Shown: positions 13,803 through 26,340 of the stretch, one piece after another
Layout: the number at the start of each line of letters is the position of its first letter
How positions within the stretch are numbered: the stretch's first letter is position 1
Source of the DNA: Vicugna vicugna
Taxonomy: Eukaryota
Direction of reading: 5' to 3'
Length of the DNA stretch: 64,000 bases
Assembly (NCBI GenBank): GCA_013265495.1
Contig: MU057632.1
Location: 728,054 to 792,053 of the forward strand
Translations under genes and position numbers: made by a program
The notes under the pieces: model-generated
Seen by the model: only the letters and a program-made list of their open reading frames with translations
The model's database searches: none
What the model was told of the DNA's origin: nothing

Positions 13803-13995
13803 TCTTTCTTTCTCTCTCTCTCTTTCCTTTCCTCTTCTTTTCTTTTCCTTCCTTCCTTCCTTCCTTCCTTCCTTCCTTCCTTCCTTCCTTCCTTCCTTCC
13901 TCCTTCCTTCCTTCCTTCCTCCCTCCCTCCCTCCCTCCCTTCCTTCCTTCCTCCCTCCCTCCCTTCCTCCCTCTCTTTCTCTCGTTCCCTCCCTT
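13803..13995. repeat. Compound polypyrimidine microsatellite (TTCC)n/(CTCC)n
   Basis: About 190 bp of nearly pure pyrimidine. It produces the spurious ORFs 13686..14006 and 13746..14069. Confidence 0.95.
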
Positions 13996-14663
13996 TTAAA
14001 AAACAATTGAATAGCGGTTTAGGTGAATTTCCTGGGGTAGAAGTTGCAAATAGGAATTACCATTTTTAGCAGCAAGCTGAATCACTAAAGTCAGTTAACT
14101 ACTTCTTAGATTTATTTTCCTGTGAACTTCTAATCAACAGGCTTTCGTTCCTCTCAAGAACCCTCCCTTGTTACTGGCTTTGCATCTGTTTTCAGTTTCC
14201 AGAATGCAGGGACACAGATCAAGGATTCTTTCTTCCACTTTCAAATACAGAGTGATAAAAATATTAAATTAACATGTTAACTGATTTGCTTTTGTTTCCC
14301 AATTAATATTCCCCCACTTCATTAGCTAAGAGCAGTGTTTCAACACAGCTATATGTTTATTTAGAAATACACATTTATTTAGAAATTATATATAATTTAT
14401 AACTTTTCTCATTTGAAACTTTCCTAAACATAATATGATTATTTATTCACTATTTGATAACCTGCCAGAGGTTTGAGAGTTTCCAGTTAAGAGCTAAAGA
14501 AATGCAGTATTTCCTTTTACAAAAACATCCCAGGGTATTGAGTTTGAACCTGGAATACTGACTCTTCTTTCTCATAGTCCTAGAATACAAAGTCAGTTAA
14601 GCCTCACTGCAATGCACTATGACTAATCATTGTGTCTACCACAGTCTTTAGTCATAAGAGAGC

Positions 14664-14724
14664 AATCCTTGCAATGTAAATGATTTTGTAATAAGGAATC
14701 CTTGCAATGGAAATGATTTTGTAA
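14664..14724. repeat. Local tandem duplication (33-bp period, 2 copies)
   Basis: aatccttgcaatg(t/g)aaatgattttgtaa at 14664 and 14697. Confidence 0.85.
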
Positions 14725-15224
14725 GGCCCAAGATCTGAAGTTTCATTTTCTACCTAAGAATACACTGGCAAAGCAGCTATCTAATCCAGCATGCACAATG
14801 TCCCTCTGTCTCTATCCTCAACAGAAGACAGATTTCCAAAAAATACGGACATTTTTGCATTTCTTATCTACGTATTTTTACAAGTTTAGCAGGCAGGCCT
14901 TTATTAAATGAAGGATATATGTAGGAGGGAGTTGAAACTATGGTGTCATATAAATCAGCAATGCAAATTTTTGTCTCTCAGAAGTTTTCTAATAAAATGT
15001 TATTTTATTTAACTTTTGCCATAAAGGTAAAGATGGTACCATCACAACAATTCATTGGCTGTCTCAAAACTTTAACATGATCATGATCTGTTGTTTAGAG
15101 AAGGGTTAAAACTTATAAGTAAAAAGGCGGAATTGCCTGGTAAGATGGGTCCAGATCAATCAGGTGATTCTGAAGTGATCTATAAGCTAAGAAGAGAAAG
15201 AAAGGGAAAAGGAGGTAGAAAAAT

Positions 15225-15890
15225 AATTCCTTAAAAAAACTAAAAGTAGACTTACCATATGATCCAGCAGTCCCACTACTGAGCACATATATGCAGAAAA
15301 CTCTAATTCAAAAAGACACATGCACCCCAATGTTCACAGCACCACTATTTACAATAGCCAAGACATGGGAACAACCTAAATGTCCATCAACAGATGACTG
15401 GATAAAGAAGATGTGATACATGTACAATGGAATACTACAAAGCCATAAAAAGAATGAAATAATGCCACCTGAAGCAACATGGATGGACCTAAAGATTATC
15501 AAACTTAAGTAAAGTAAGACAGAGAAAGGCAAATATCATATGATATTACTTATGTGTGAAATCTAAAAAAAATGATACAAATCCTGTTTACAAACCAAAA
15601 ACAAACGTGCGGACATAGAAAACAAACTCTGGTTACCAAAGGGGAGAGTGGGGAGGGATGAATTAGGCATTGTGGTCTAACAGACACACATGAGTATATA
15701 TAAAACAGATAACCAACAAGAACCTGCTGTACAGCACAGGGAACTCTACTCTATTTCTTGTAACAATATCTAATGGAAAAGAATCTGAAAAGAAAAATAC
15801 ATATGTATGTATATGTATAACTGAATCACTTTGCTGTACCCCTGAAACTAACATTGTAAATCCACTACACTTCAATAAAATGAAAAAAAA
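15225..15890 (+). mobile_element. L1 3' fragment (ORF2 end plus 3'UTR)
   Basis: aaagacacatgcaccccaatgttcacagcaccactatttacaatagccaagacatgg... through a 3'UTR ending aataaaatgaaaaaaaa. Confidence 0.9.
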
Positions 15891-17194
15891 TTACTTCTAC
15901 TTGTTAAAAATTAAAAAAAGGATGTACCGATTTCCTAAAAATAACAAAACACAACACAGAAAAAAACGCCTTTAAAATATACCCACTGAGGCTAGCATAT
16001 CATGTTACATAAAATGCCACACTAGGATCAGTCAGTCATCATCTGAGCATGATATTCTGATAGAGCAAACATCACACCCAGCCAGTAAACTTCTACCAAG
16101 TCTCTTCTGCATTAAACGCACTAGGTTGTATAAGAGCAAAAGACACCTTCTGCATGATCCCTGCCCTTGAGTAACTTTGATGTTCATCTTGTAACAAGAT
16201 TTCCATATTTATGGAGCAGAGAAGTCTTTAAACAGCACCGCATGATAACCGAAAAAGTCTTACAGGTGTTCAGAGATCACTTTTAGCCCTGATAAGAAGT
16301 TGGGATTTGGGAAGGGCTTGAATGCAGAGAAGGATTTTGACAGGCAAGATGACAGATCAAGAAATTTCCAGGTGGAGGGTTTGGCACCCTAAAAGTGCAA
16401 AGAAGGAAGCTTTAAGGCGTATTTTATGAACCCAGGGGAGATAAATCTGGCTGCAGCACTGCCAGAAACGAAGTTACACATGTGAGAGAATCATCGACTC
16501 ATGACAAATAAAAAATAAGCATCCTCACCAATATTTTTCTATTATACCCATCTCATTGGTTTATATCTGCAGAATACCTGTGACCTACACTGTAAGTTAA
16601 ATTTTATCCAAATCAATTCCATGTCTGTGGACTTTCCATGACCTCAGCAAGAACAGTTTGGGCAGCATTCAGACTAGAGTGTGAAGGGTGCAGAAGACAC
16701 AAGCAGCTTGTGAAGGAAGAGACTGAATATGGAAAACTCTTTCAAAAGCTGCATTCATTCAAGACAGTCCTTAGGTGCCTAACCCAGCCCTTGCGCTCAG
16801 TACTGGGGATGCAGCCCTCAGTGAAATAACAAAGTCCCTGAGCTCCCAAATGGGACAGTCGGGGTTGAGGGAAGTGCTTTTTACCACTTGATGCAAGCAG
16901 CCAGGTCAGGGGTCCATTTTTAGGGCAAGGCTGAAGATCTGAATATCTGGGCAGATAAGCCTTCATTTTGGAGAATCACTTTGCCTAACGAGAGATGACA
17001 TCAATGGGGCCATGGTATCAACGTAAACACTACAGGAAAAGGGAAAAAAAATGGAAGTTCATGGTGACCATGGAAACGAACTACTGACTCTGACAAGCAG
17101 AGGTAGTGCTGTGGGAGCTGTAGAAATAATCACTGTTCTCTAACGGAACCACCCTCATCCTGCACCGCAGGCCCCGAAGTGTTAGGCCCGGACC

Positions 17195-17495
17195 CAAAGT
17201 CATGAGACTTCCTCTTTAAAGGATCACATCGCTGATACCTTTGGCTTTGCGGCCGTCAGTTCCCTGCCTCTGCAGTATGAAAGCAGCCCGGGGCCACAGG
17301 GAAATGAGTGAGCACGGCTGTATTTCAAGAAAACTGTTATTTATGGAACCGAAACTGAGTTTTGTATAATTTTCATGTGCTGTAAAATATTCTTATTATG
17401 AGTTTTCAACCATTTGAAAAAACATAAAGATCATGTTTAGCTGATTGGCCATCAGAAAAGTGAGGTTTTTGGGCCAAAGTCTGCTGCCCCTGCCT
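17195..17495 (+). mobile_element. MER58B-like hAT-Charlie non-autonomous DNA transposon
   Basis: gaaagcagcc...aaaactgttatttatggaaccgaaactgagttttgtataattttcatgtg...ttttcaaccatttgaaaa...gtctgctgcccct. Confidence 0.7.
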
Positions 17496-17829
17496 TGGTG
17501 TGGAAAAGGTGGGGTAGCAGGGCAGAGGCAGAGAGAATCAGGACCACTTTCTTCGAGGTCACACCTGATGGGGACTGCGCTCAGGGAGCCTGCATGCGCC
17601 CTGAAGTGTGTGCACAGCGTGGTGTGTGGGACCAAATAAATGCACGTCCCTGAGACTGGGGCTGATGGATTTCACCAGATCCTCACAGTGGAACCCAGTG
17701 GAAGGGACTTTGAGAACCACTGACGTAGAAGAACTCAAGCACTCCAGTCCCCTCACTGCTGAAAGAGGGACGCCCCGAGACCTATTCTTCACCTACTGCT
17801 CTTTTATTTGGTTTCTCAGAATTACTGAA

Positions 17830-17975
17830 ATGGCTAATCACTATTACTATTGAGCCCCGTCTATATGCCAGGTACTTGGCTGAACGACTAACATAAATCT
17901 TCATTTAATCCTCTCAACAGCCTTCTGCGGTACTGGTTATCACCCCATTTTATAGTTGGGGACACGGAGGCTCAA
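17830..17975 (-). mobile_element. MIR fragment
   Basis: tattgagc...tatgccaggtact...tcatttaatcctctcaacagcc...atcaccccattttatagttggggacacggaggctca. Confidence 0.75.
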
Positions 17976-20900
17976 AAAGGCCTTTCACTTTTTGTTTTCT
18001 TCAGTTTTCTAGATCCTCGTTCTTCACCTTCTGCACTTCCTTCCTCAGCAGATTCCCCGACCCCAGTCGCCGTGTATATGCTGGTGATTCTCAGTCGCTT
18101 AAAAAACCTTTCCAATCAACGGTCCCAATCTCGACTCAGCCGGAAGTGGCAAGCAACATCCTTTCCCGGTAATCGCTCTCTCAGTAGACGTCCCATGTCC
18201 CACATCACACAGCCGTATCTCTGATGCCCTCTCCCCACCGACTCCTGGGTATGAAGGACTGTACTTTCTTTTATACTCCTCCCAAATCCACCCTGTACAA
18301 GCCTTCTGCAATGATGTTCAATGTGGTCTTCCTAAGCACAGTTTTTTTTTTAATTAAAAAAAGGCAGTATTACAGAACAAAATGAGATACTATGAATCTG
18401 TGATTGTTTTAAAAAAGCTGTGTAAGAAAGGTACCCCTCTGTGTGGACGTGCAGTGGATGGGATTACAGCGAGGTAATGAAGAACATGAAGTTCTATTCA
18501 ACTTCTCAGAGCTGTCTGGCCTCGGACAAATCGTGGAGCCTGGAAAGTGAGACTAATAGTAGCACCTCAGGGCTGTGTTTTGAGAACTGGAGAATGTCAC
18601 CCAGGGAAAGCAGTGGACCACCGGCTGGCATATGGCAACTGATGACTAATAGCTCTGACTGCTGATGGTTTTATCAATATTAATAATGCAAATGCATAAA
18701 AAGATTAGCTGATACTGTCTATACTGGTATTTCCACAGTGCATTTGCAATGAGGGGTGGCACTGCGGGGGGTTTACGTATCTTCTTGTTGCTTCTCTCTG
18801 TTTAAAAGTCCAAAAGAAAAATTCGTAAAATAAATCAACCCCCAAATCGCTATTTAAAACCAGTCTGCATTCAATGAGGATGCACTGAAATTGGCCATCT
18901 GCTGGAAAAATAATCAGACACATTTCTGGTTACATTTGAGCTACCTGAAATAGCGTCTAACACCCATTCTGCAATTGAGCTCGGGCTGAAACATTACCTT
19001 GGTACAGTTAACAAGAATTATTGCCATATATAATTATTTGAATACCCAGTCTTGTGCTTTGAAGTCACTTCATAAATGTTAGCTTCCTTTCTTCTTACAA
19101 ATCCTAAAATACAAATTAATTACAAAAATTAATTCCACTCAAATAAGTGTATTTTTTCCTGCCAAACCAGACTAAAAATATATCTACATATTAGCCAAAC
19201 TCGAAATTTATAGTTCAGAGCAAGGAAGAGAACAAAAATAGAGCCGCTGGTGTAGGTTTGAAAATACTAACCCTTATTAGGGCATCTCTTCAACAGATGA
19301 GCTGCTATAGCTGAACTGAATCTCTATTAACAGTAGTGAATTCCTGAGCCAGACAGCAACAGTAAATACAAGAGACACTGCTTACATTCACTTGATGGTT
19401 TTGCAGACTTGAGAATCGTTTCTGGCACCACGATCATGCATTCAGGAAACAAAGAACATGAAACATTACGTTCCTCCGAATGTTTTCCTTGTGCCATTAA
19501 ATGAATCAACTAAATGAGGCGCAGGCAAGGAATTTAGATTTCAGCAAGATTTTAGCTTTCAGTTTCTGAAACTGTTCAGGGGCACCCATCCCTCGGGAGA
19601 ATGTTTTGCTTCCATTGTTCAAGTCAGAAGAGCCAAGAAAACTTTTCTTAGGTGGTTCAGAGACCACGTTAGCCTTCCTTCTTACTGCTGTAAAATTACT
19701 TGTGCAAAAGAAAAGACAGAGTCACCACAAAGCAGCACAAATACTTAAAATAGAGAGTATGTTCTGATAGATTAGGTTGGTTGGGATGATTACAAACTCC
19801 CAAGGCAGATGTAAGACATTCATTTTCTCAAGTTAAATAAAGCACGAGATACAAGCTAATGCTTGTTTAGTTTATTTTATGACTTGCTTTAATTGTGTGA
19901 CTTGTGGGAAAAAAAACTGGAAAACGATTAGCAGAAGAGGAGTTAATAATCTAGATATTTTCTTGGCACAATTATTATCTAAGGACAATGTAAAATTTGA
20001 AATCATGCCTAGAACTCATGGGCGAATTAGCTCATTCAAGTACTATCCCTTTAAAGTACCAGTGGGTTACAGTCCTAGTTTCTCTATAATATTCTTTTCT
20101 TGACTGTGGGACAAGGGCACTCTGTTAGTTTCCATCTATGATTCATCTTAAGAAGTTACGGATATGCCTTGGAAATTCATGAACTCTTATTAAGTGCTTT
20201 TGAAATCAAATATCCATAAATCTGGCTAAAACTTCTTAGAATACACATTTTTGTCAGTATAATCTTGTAGGATAATGAACTCTACATGGCTTTTAATGCT
20301 CTATGGCCCTTCTGAAATGTTTCATTCCCATGATTATAATGAAATAATTCATTACATTGAGAAAAATTGCCAAAGGAAAAAAACTCTTTTAGACCCATAC
20401 TCTGAGTAAGAATAAGAAAAAGATCTGCTGCAAAGCCCCGGGAAGGAGTAACCATCAACAGATGAGAAAGGGATGGCAGAGCTTTAATTTTCTCCAGTGA
20501 GACTAATATTCACAATAGAAGGAGTTCAGCTAAGTAGTGAATGGCATCCCAAGACAGGGGAACGTCCAACACGAGTCCAAGAACCTGGATCTAACCACAT
20601 TTCATCTCAGAAGCAAGAGGATCTCTAAGACCTCTGTGATGATCTCAGAAATCCTGGTGAGGATATCAGACATGCGATAATTCGAATGACTTGTGACATA
20701 AGAAGAGCTAAGATGAACCTAATGGCTCCAAGGGTGACACTGATCCCCAGGAAGTATTTTTTAAAGCTCCTTTCGGAGAATTTGCATTATCCAAACTCAG
20801 GTGTATCGCTGGTGTTGCACAGCTGTACTTTTAATTCTTACCAGTGAAGCTCTCGGAACACCCTCATCCTGCACCAGCACTGTCTCGGTCTGCACTGCCC

Positions 20901-21184
20901 TGAAAGGACCAACGCCCTGGGACCCAGAATCCTTCAGCCCTCAGGACTCCTGCTGCCATCTTCCTTTGGATTTCAACCATTTCTTTTTTTCTACCAAACT
21001 CAGTGAAAGAGCCATCTTTCCTATCCTCCAAGAATAACCTTATGCCCTGGTGTCCTTGAATTAGCCCCCTTGGTGCTTTGGGATTTTACTCCATTCATTA
21101 AAATTCTTTGTGATTTTTTTCTAACTTTTGTATGCCCCAATTTTATTCTTTTTGTAAGTTTGTTGAGTAATATCTATTTATTAC

Positions 21185-21510
21185 TTTAATTTCTTTTTTT
21201 TATTGAAGTATAATTGTGTTCACAATGTTGTGTTAGTTTCTGGTGTGCAGAATAGTGATTCATCATATATATATATATATATTCCTTTTCCTAATCTTTT
21301 ACACTATAGGCTATTACAAGGTATTGAATATAGTTCCCTGTGTTCTACAGTAGGACTTTGTTATTTTTTTATTTTACATATATTAGTGCATATCTGCAAA
21401 TCTCGAAGCTCCACTTTATTCCTTCCCCCCCTTTCCCCTTGGTAATCATAAGTCTCTTTTCTATGTCTATAGTCTGTCTCTGTTTTGTAAATAAGTTCGT
21501 TGGTGTCATA
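21185..21510 (-). mobile_element. L1 3'UTR fragment
   Basis: T-tract followed by attgaagtata...tattgaatatagttccctgtg...cccttggtaatcataagt. Confidence 0.82.
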
Positions 21511-21829
21511 AAATTTTTTGTATTGAATCTTCCCTTCTATTCATCTAGAAGTCCTCCTGCCACACCTCATCCTGGAAAATGCTCAGTTCCCCTTTACTCG
21601 GAGACAGACAGACAGACAGACAGACACACCCACACCCACACTCCTCATTTACTCCTAGTAACCCCTCAACTACAGAGTCTAGGACATGAAAAATACTTAA
21701 TAAATTTTGCTTGAATGAATGAAAGACTGCTCACACTTGAGCTCTTTCCTTCATAATACTTTCTGCAGAGAAGTTAGTAACAATTGCCTCTCTCTCTTTC
21801 CAGCCCTATCAATCTGTCTTTAAAAAAAA

Positions 21830-21964
21830 TTTTTTTTGGTGTTGGGGGAGGTAATTAGGTTTGTTCGTTCGTTTATTTTACTTATTAATGGAGGAACTGG
21901 GGATTGAACCTAGACCTCATGCACGCTAAGCACGTGCTCTACCACTGAGCTAAACCTTCCCTCC
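21830..21964 (-). mobile_element. Vic-1-like SINE
   Basis: ggggaggtaattaggttt...ggggattgaacctagacctcatgcacgctaagcacgtgctctaccactgagcta. Confidence 0.88.
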
Positions 21965-22839
21965 TTAGCCCCATCCACATGAAAAGGCTTCAGGGTACTG
22001 GGGGAGCCCTCACTCTTCTCCACGGTAGACCCTCCAGTCCCATCCCCCTTGAACTCCTACCCATCGTCTCTGCTGTTCCAGCTCTTCCCACTCACAAGAG
22101 CCCTATCCCAAATCCACGTGGGTGGTAATGGAAATGGGGGTGGATAAAATGATGGTCATGGGGAGAGGGCTGACATGAAGGACAACATGGAGAGAGGAAG
22201 GGGCTCCAGCCCCTGATGAACTCGTCCTGTACCAAGGCTTCCCCCGTCCTCACCCCTTCCTCCCTCCCCTCCCTGGTCTGGTCACACCTAAGTCAGAAGT
22301 AGCCCTTCAGACCCCAGTCCAGCAGTCTCTCCTCATTTCCTGGCTTCTTCTGTCTTTCTGTAGGATGAACCAGCCTCTCTGCAAAATTCCCTCCTTGCTG
22401 GAGACACTTGTCTCTCCTCCTCTTTGTTAACTCACCCTTTTTCTGGACCCTGCCACCCTGCCTCTTCTGCATTCTCTCAGTTACTCCTGGATGTGAGCAT
22501 TTCACCTCGTTTTCTCTTGCTTTCCCCTTCAGGTCCTCCTCCTTTCTGGCCAAGCTCATCCCTGTCTGTCTCCACAGCTCCTCCTCCACCTACGTCACAT
22601 TCGTTCATTTCATCCATCAGCCTCGACCTGACCTCCCTGCCTCCTCACTGATTTGTACGTCTTGGTACTAGTGAACCTGGCAGGAAGAAACACAGCTTTG
22701 TTTCTTCTATCCTCTCGAGGCAAAGTTCTCGACCAAGGAGTAAGCAGAGTCCCTGCAAGGGCTCTTAAGACCTGGCCCCAACCTTTTTTCCCTGTCTAAT
22801 CCTACTTCCCATACCAGCCCTTTCGTACACCTTTGCTTT

Positions 22840-23376
22840 TGCAATAGAAAAGAGCAAATCTCACTCCATATTAGATCTGTTCCTTTGGCTTTAACCGTGT
22901 GCCCTGTTTTCCAGGCTTAGTCTTGCTAGCTCAGCACCTTTTGTAAAACAGTGTTGCCTTTAGCCTGAAATAGACAGGAGAGCCTATTCTCAAGGCTCTG
23001 ATCTTTAGGGATATTAACACTTTTGCACTCCTACAGAGATAACAAGCTGCAGAATAGAAAATAACATTTGTTTTGTGCAGGTTTTACAGAGACACCATGA
23101 CCTGACCCACGCAGACAGCTGCAAGAACAAAGAATTCCAAGAACAAAGAATTCCTACACCAAGAAGTTTGCAACAACCAACCACACCCCCTCCCATTTTT
23201 AGCATAAAAGGAGCCTGAATTCTGACTTGGGGAAGATGGTTCTCCAGGACATCAGTCTACCATCTTTTCCATCTGCCGATTTTCCAAGTAAAGTCATTAT
23301 TTTTTGCCCCAACACCTCGTCTCCCAATTTACTGGCCTGTCGTACAGCAAGCAGAACAAGTTTGGACTTGGTAATG
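22840..23376 (+). mobile_element. ERV1-class solo LTR with 4-bp TSD CTTT
   Basis: It starts TG and has a TATA-like gcataaaag (~23202) and a polyA-like agtaaa (~23287). It ends ...ggacttggtaatg, with the terminal CA mutated. CTTT occurs at 22836-22839 and 23377-23380. Confidence 0.75.
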
Positions 23377-24164
23377 CTTTTGCCAACCTACGTTCACGGG
23401 CTGGGGTAATTTATTGAAAGACTTTTTTTTTGTGTTTTCCCCCTATATTTTTCCTTTCTCTTTCCACAAAATTATTAGCCCTTTAATAATTTCCACAGAA
23501 GTATTTTATATGCTTCCTGATTTCAGGGATTTCTTCAGGAAGACAGGGCAGCCAGAAGGCAGTAGTCAATCTTTCATATTTGTAAATGCCTAAACTCCGA
23601 AACAGGTGGTGCTGAATGTGCTGGATCAGCAGGATGGAAGAAGAGGGCTTCGCCGGGCATCTAGACCCCATGGAGCCCATGGGGACCCAGGCCCTGCTCC
23701 ACGCACCCTGCTGTAACACAAAACGAGAGGAAGGCTTCACCAAAAACTTATTTTTCCATACAGATTCAAATTCTTCTACTCGGAGGGAATGTGAATCACT
23801 TTCAAGTCACTGGAATTTTTGGCTTATCTGTGTCCACGTGAGATCTTTTTCTTTAACCAATATAAACCTAGTCCCTTGCTCATAGCAGCAGCCACAAAAT
23901 GTCTGTGCTCGCAGCGAGCTGACAGTGAAATCAAGAGAGCTTGATGTATAAGAATTCAGAGGCAAGAGAGATACTAGTCAAAGCTGAAATAACAGGGGAC
24001 AACAGAGTTCAGAGGATCTTTGAGCAGGGTCTTGAAGGAAAGGATCTGGACAGGGGAGAAAGAAATTTGGATGGTAGGATAATGCTGGAAAGGGGCAGAA
24101 TATCAACTGTTAAAGAAACATAGAAGTGATTCTTGTGTTTTTTTTTTTTTTTGCTTTAATCTCT

Positions 24165-24360
24165 TTTTTTAATTGAAGTATAGTCAGTTGACAACATTGT
24201 GTCAATTTCTGGTGAACAGCATCATGTTTCAGTTACACAAATACATACATGTATTCTTTTTCATATTCTTTTTCATTATATGTTACTATGGGATATTGAA
24301 TATAGTTCCCTGTGCTCTACAGTAGGACCTTGTGTTATCTATTTTTTATATAGTAGTATC
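24165..24360 (-). mobile_element. L1 3'UTR fragment
   Basis: tttttttaattgaagtatagtcagttgacaacattgtgtcaatttctggtg...atattgaatatagttccctgtgct. Confidence 0.82.
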
Positions 24361-26304
24361 TATTTTTAGGATGACCTTAGTACATGATAATTGATTCAAT
24401 TATGTGATAGTATAACATAAACATAGTTCTGCAACATTTCCCATAATTTAATTAGTGTCTAACCACCCAAATCTTGCCAGTACCTAGGAAAAAAATGATG
24501 TTAGTCTGTTAAACAAAGGATCATCAGCTGTTCGTGAGAGAATAAACAGTAATTACTTTAAATGGCTAGACGACACTCATCTACTGATTCTGCAAGGGCT
24601 CTTATCCTGGGAAACTTAGATCCTTAACTGCCTTGTCTTTCCACTCCCCTTGGTAACACACACAAATGGCTCTGGGTTTTATTATGTTGGCACCTTGCTT
24701 CACAGTTTCTTATTTAGCTCTTTGACTCCTGTTTATTTCAAGTGTGAATGACTTCTTCCCACTGGGAATGCTACTTCTAATTTTGAAATACCCACTGTTC
24801 CTGGTCTAATACTGGAGATAGAGTTTGTCAACAATGTAAGATAAATTAAGTAATTTCCAGCCTGTAAAGCTGATGATACTTTACATTTATAGGTGTTTTC
24901 TTCAAAAAAGCTTTTCTTGAAGTTTAATTTTTTTTGTGACCAATCTTGGAGTGAAGTTATACACACACGTATGTATAAATGAACAGTGCATGGAAAGTGC
25001 TCTAGAAATGTAAAGCTATTGGTTTTATTCTCTTAGACACATGAATAATTATCATTCCTGTGATACTGATTATTGGAATCATGTTACACTTGTAGGTAAT
25101 GACAAGGGCGTATCGGGGGATGATTCTTCAGAGATTTACAGACCCTTCTCAATCATGCCTTCAATTTCGTAGCGAGAAGGGCGAAGTATTACACTGGTAG
25201 TATTCATGACGGAAAGAGACCAAACCCTCACACCACACAGGCTCGGCATCCAGACCCTCCTAGGTAAAACCTCCCATACGTTCCAGAGCCTGGTCCTGTG
25301 TTTACCCAGGGCCTCATTCAATTCCAAAATAATCCTGGATCAGCTGCTTTTCCTTAAAATTTCCCTTTCTTTCACTACTTCACACCCTTTTCAATCTAAT
25401 TCAGCTACTGTGTCCTGCATCAGTGTTTAGTGACATGCTTAATTGCTGGAAGCCACTTACCAGGAGTTGCATTTTGGGAAACTTCCCTGTTTATGTCACT
25501 CTCCTATTTAAAAAAACATGTATTAAAAACGTATCCCTACTTTTGTTACGAATACTTAGTGTGACTGAGGAGATACTGAAATATTACTGTCATTTATATT
25601 TGAAATATTCCATAAATAATTATATCTATAATTGAAGAGCACAGTAAATTACATATAAAAGCCAAGTCAATTTTATATATTATATATATAACTTACATAA
25701 ATATACACGTATTTATAGTTTACTATGCTCTTCAATGTTTTAAAATAAATTTTACTTGATTTGAACAAGGAATCAAATATACTCCTTGGAGCAAACTTGT
25801 GGCTATAAAAAAAAAATTCAGAAAAAATGGTATGCTTGAAATCGCTCATTCTAAAAAGAGCTGGGCAAACGTTATTTCTAGGAGCTTCGTGTTTTCCTGA
25901 TCATCTATTGTCTGGGGCAGAGGAGACGGAACCTGTAACCCAGGGTCCCAAAGAGACTCACTACAAGAAAAGCCCTTAATTAAAGTCTTAAAATACTGAA
26001 CATGATTAAACATTTACATTAAATATATTCTATTCTTTAGAATACAGTAATATATAAGTAATGCTGTTTCCCTCTGCCAAATCTTTGATTAACTGACACC
26101 ATTAGAAAATCTGTTTTAATTTTCCGTGCATTTAGAAAGCCCCCTGAGAAGCCCCACCTGTCTGAGATGAATGGTTTCATTTCATTATAAAGATACTTAA
26201 ATCAATTACACTAATGTTTCTTGAAATTAGACAAACATCACATAGTCTTCTCTGAGATGACGGACCTGGGAGAGAAAGAGTTAGGGGAAAATTTAAAAAA
26301 ACTA

Positions 26305-26340
26305 GAAAACTCTTCTAAAAACTCTTCTTACAACTCTTCT
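26305..26340. repeat. 12-bp tandem repeat x3 (NNNAACTCTTCT)
   Basis: gaaaactcttct aaaaactcttct tacaactcttct. Confidence 0.8.

Noticed and set aside
13686..14069. 106-aa and 107-aa low-complexity ORFs
   Set aside because: They are translations of a microsatellite.
14664..26340. Short direct repeats (14664, 23122, 26305) as a CRISPR-like array
   Set aside because: These are 2-3 adjacent copies with no unique spacers: ordinary slippage duplications in a eukaryotic intron.
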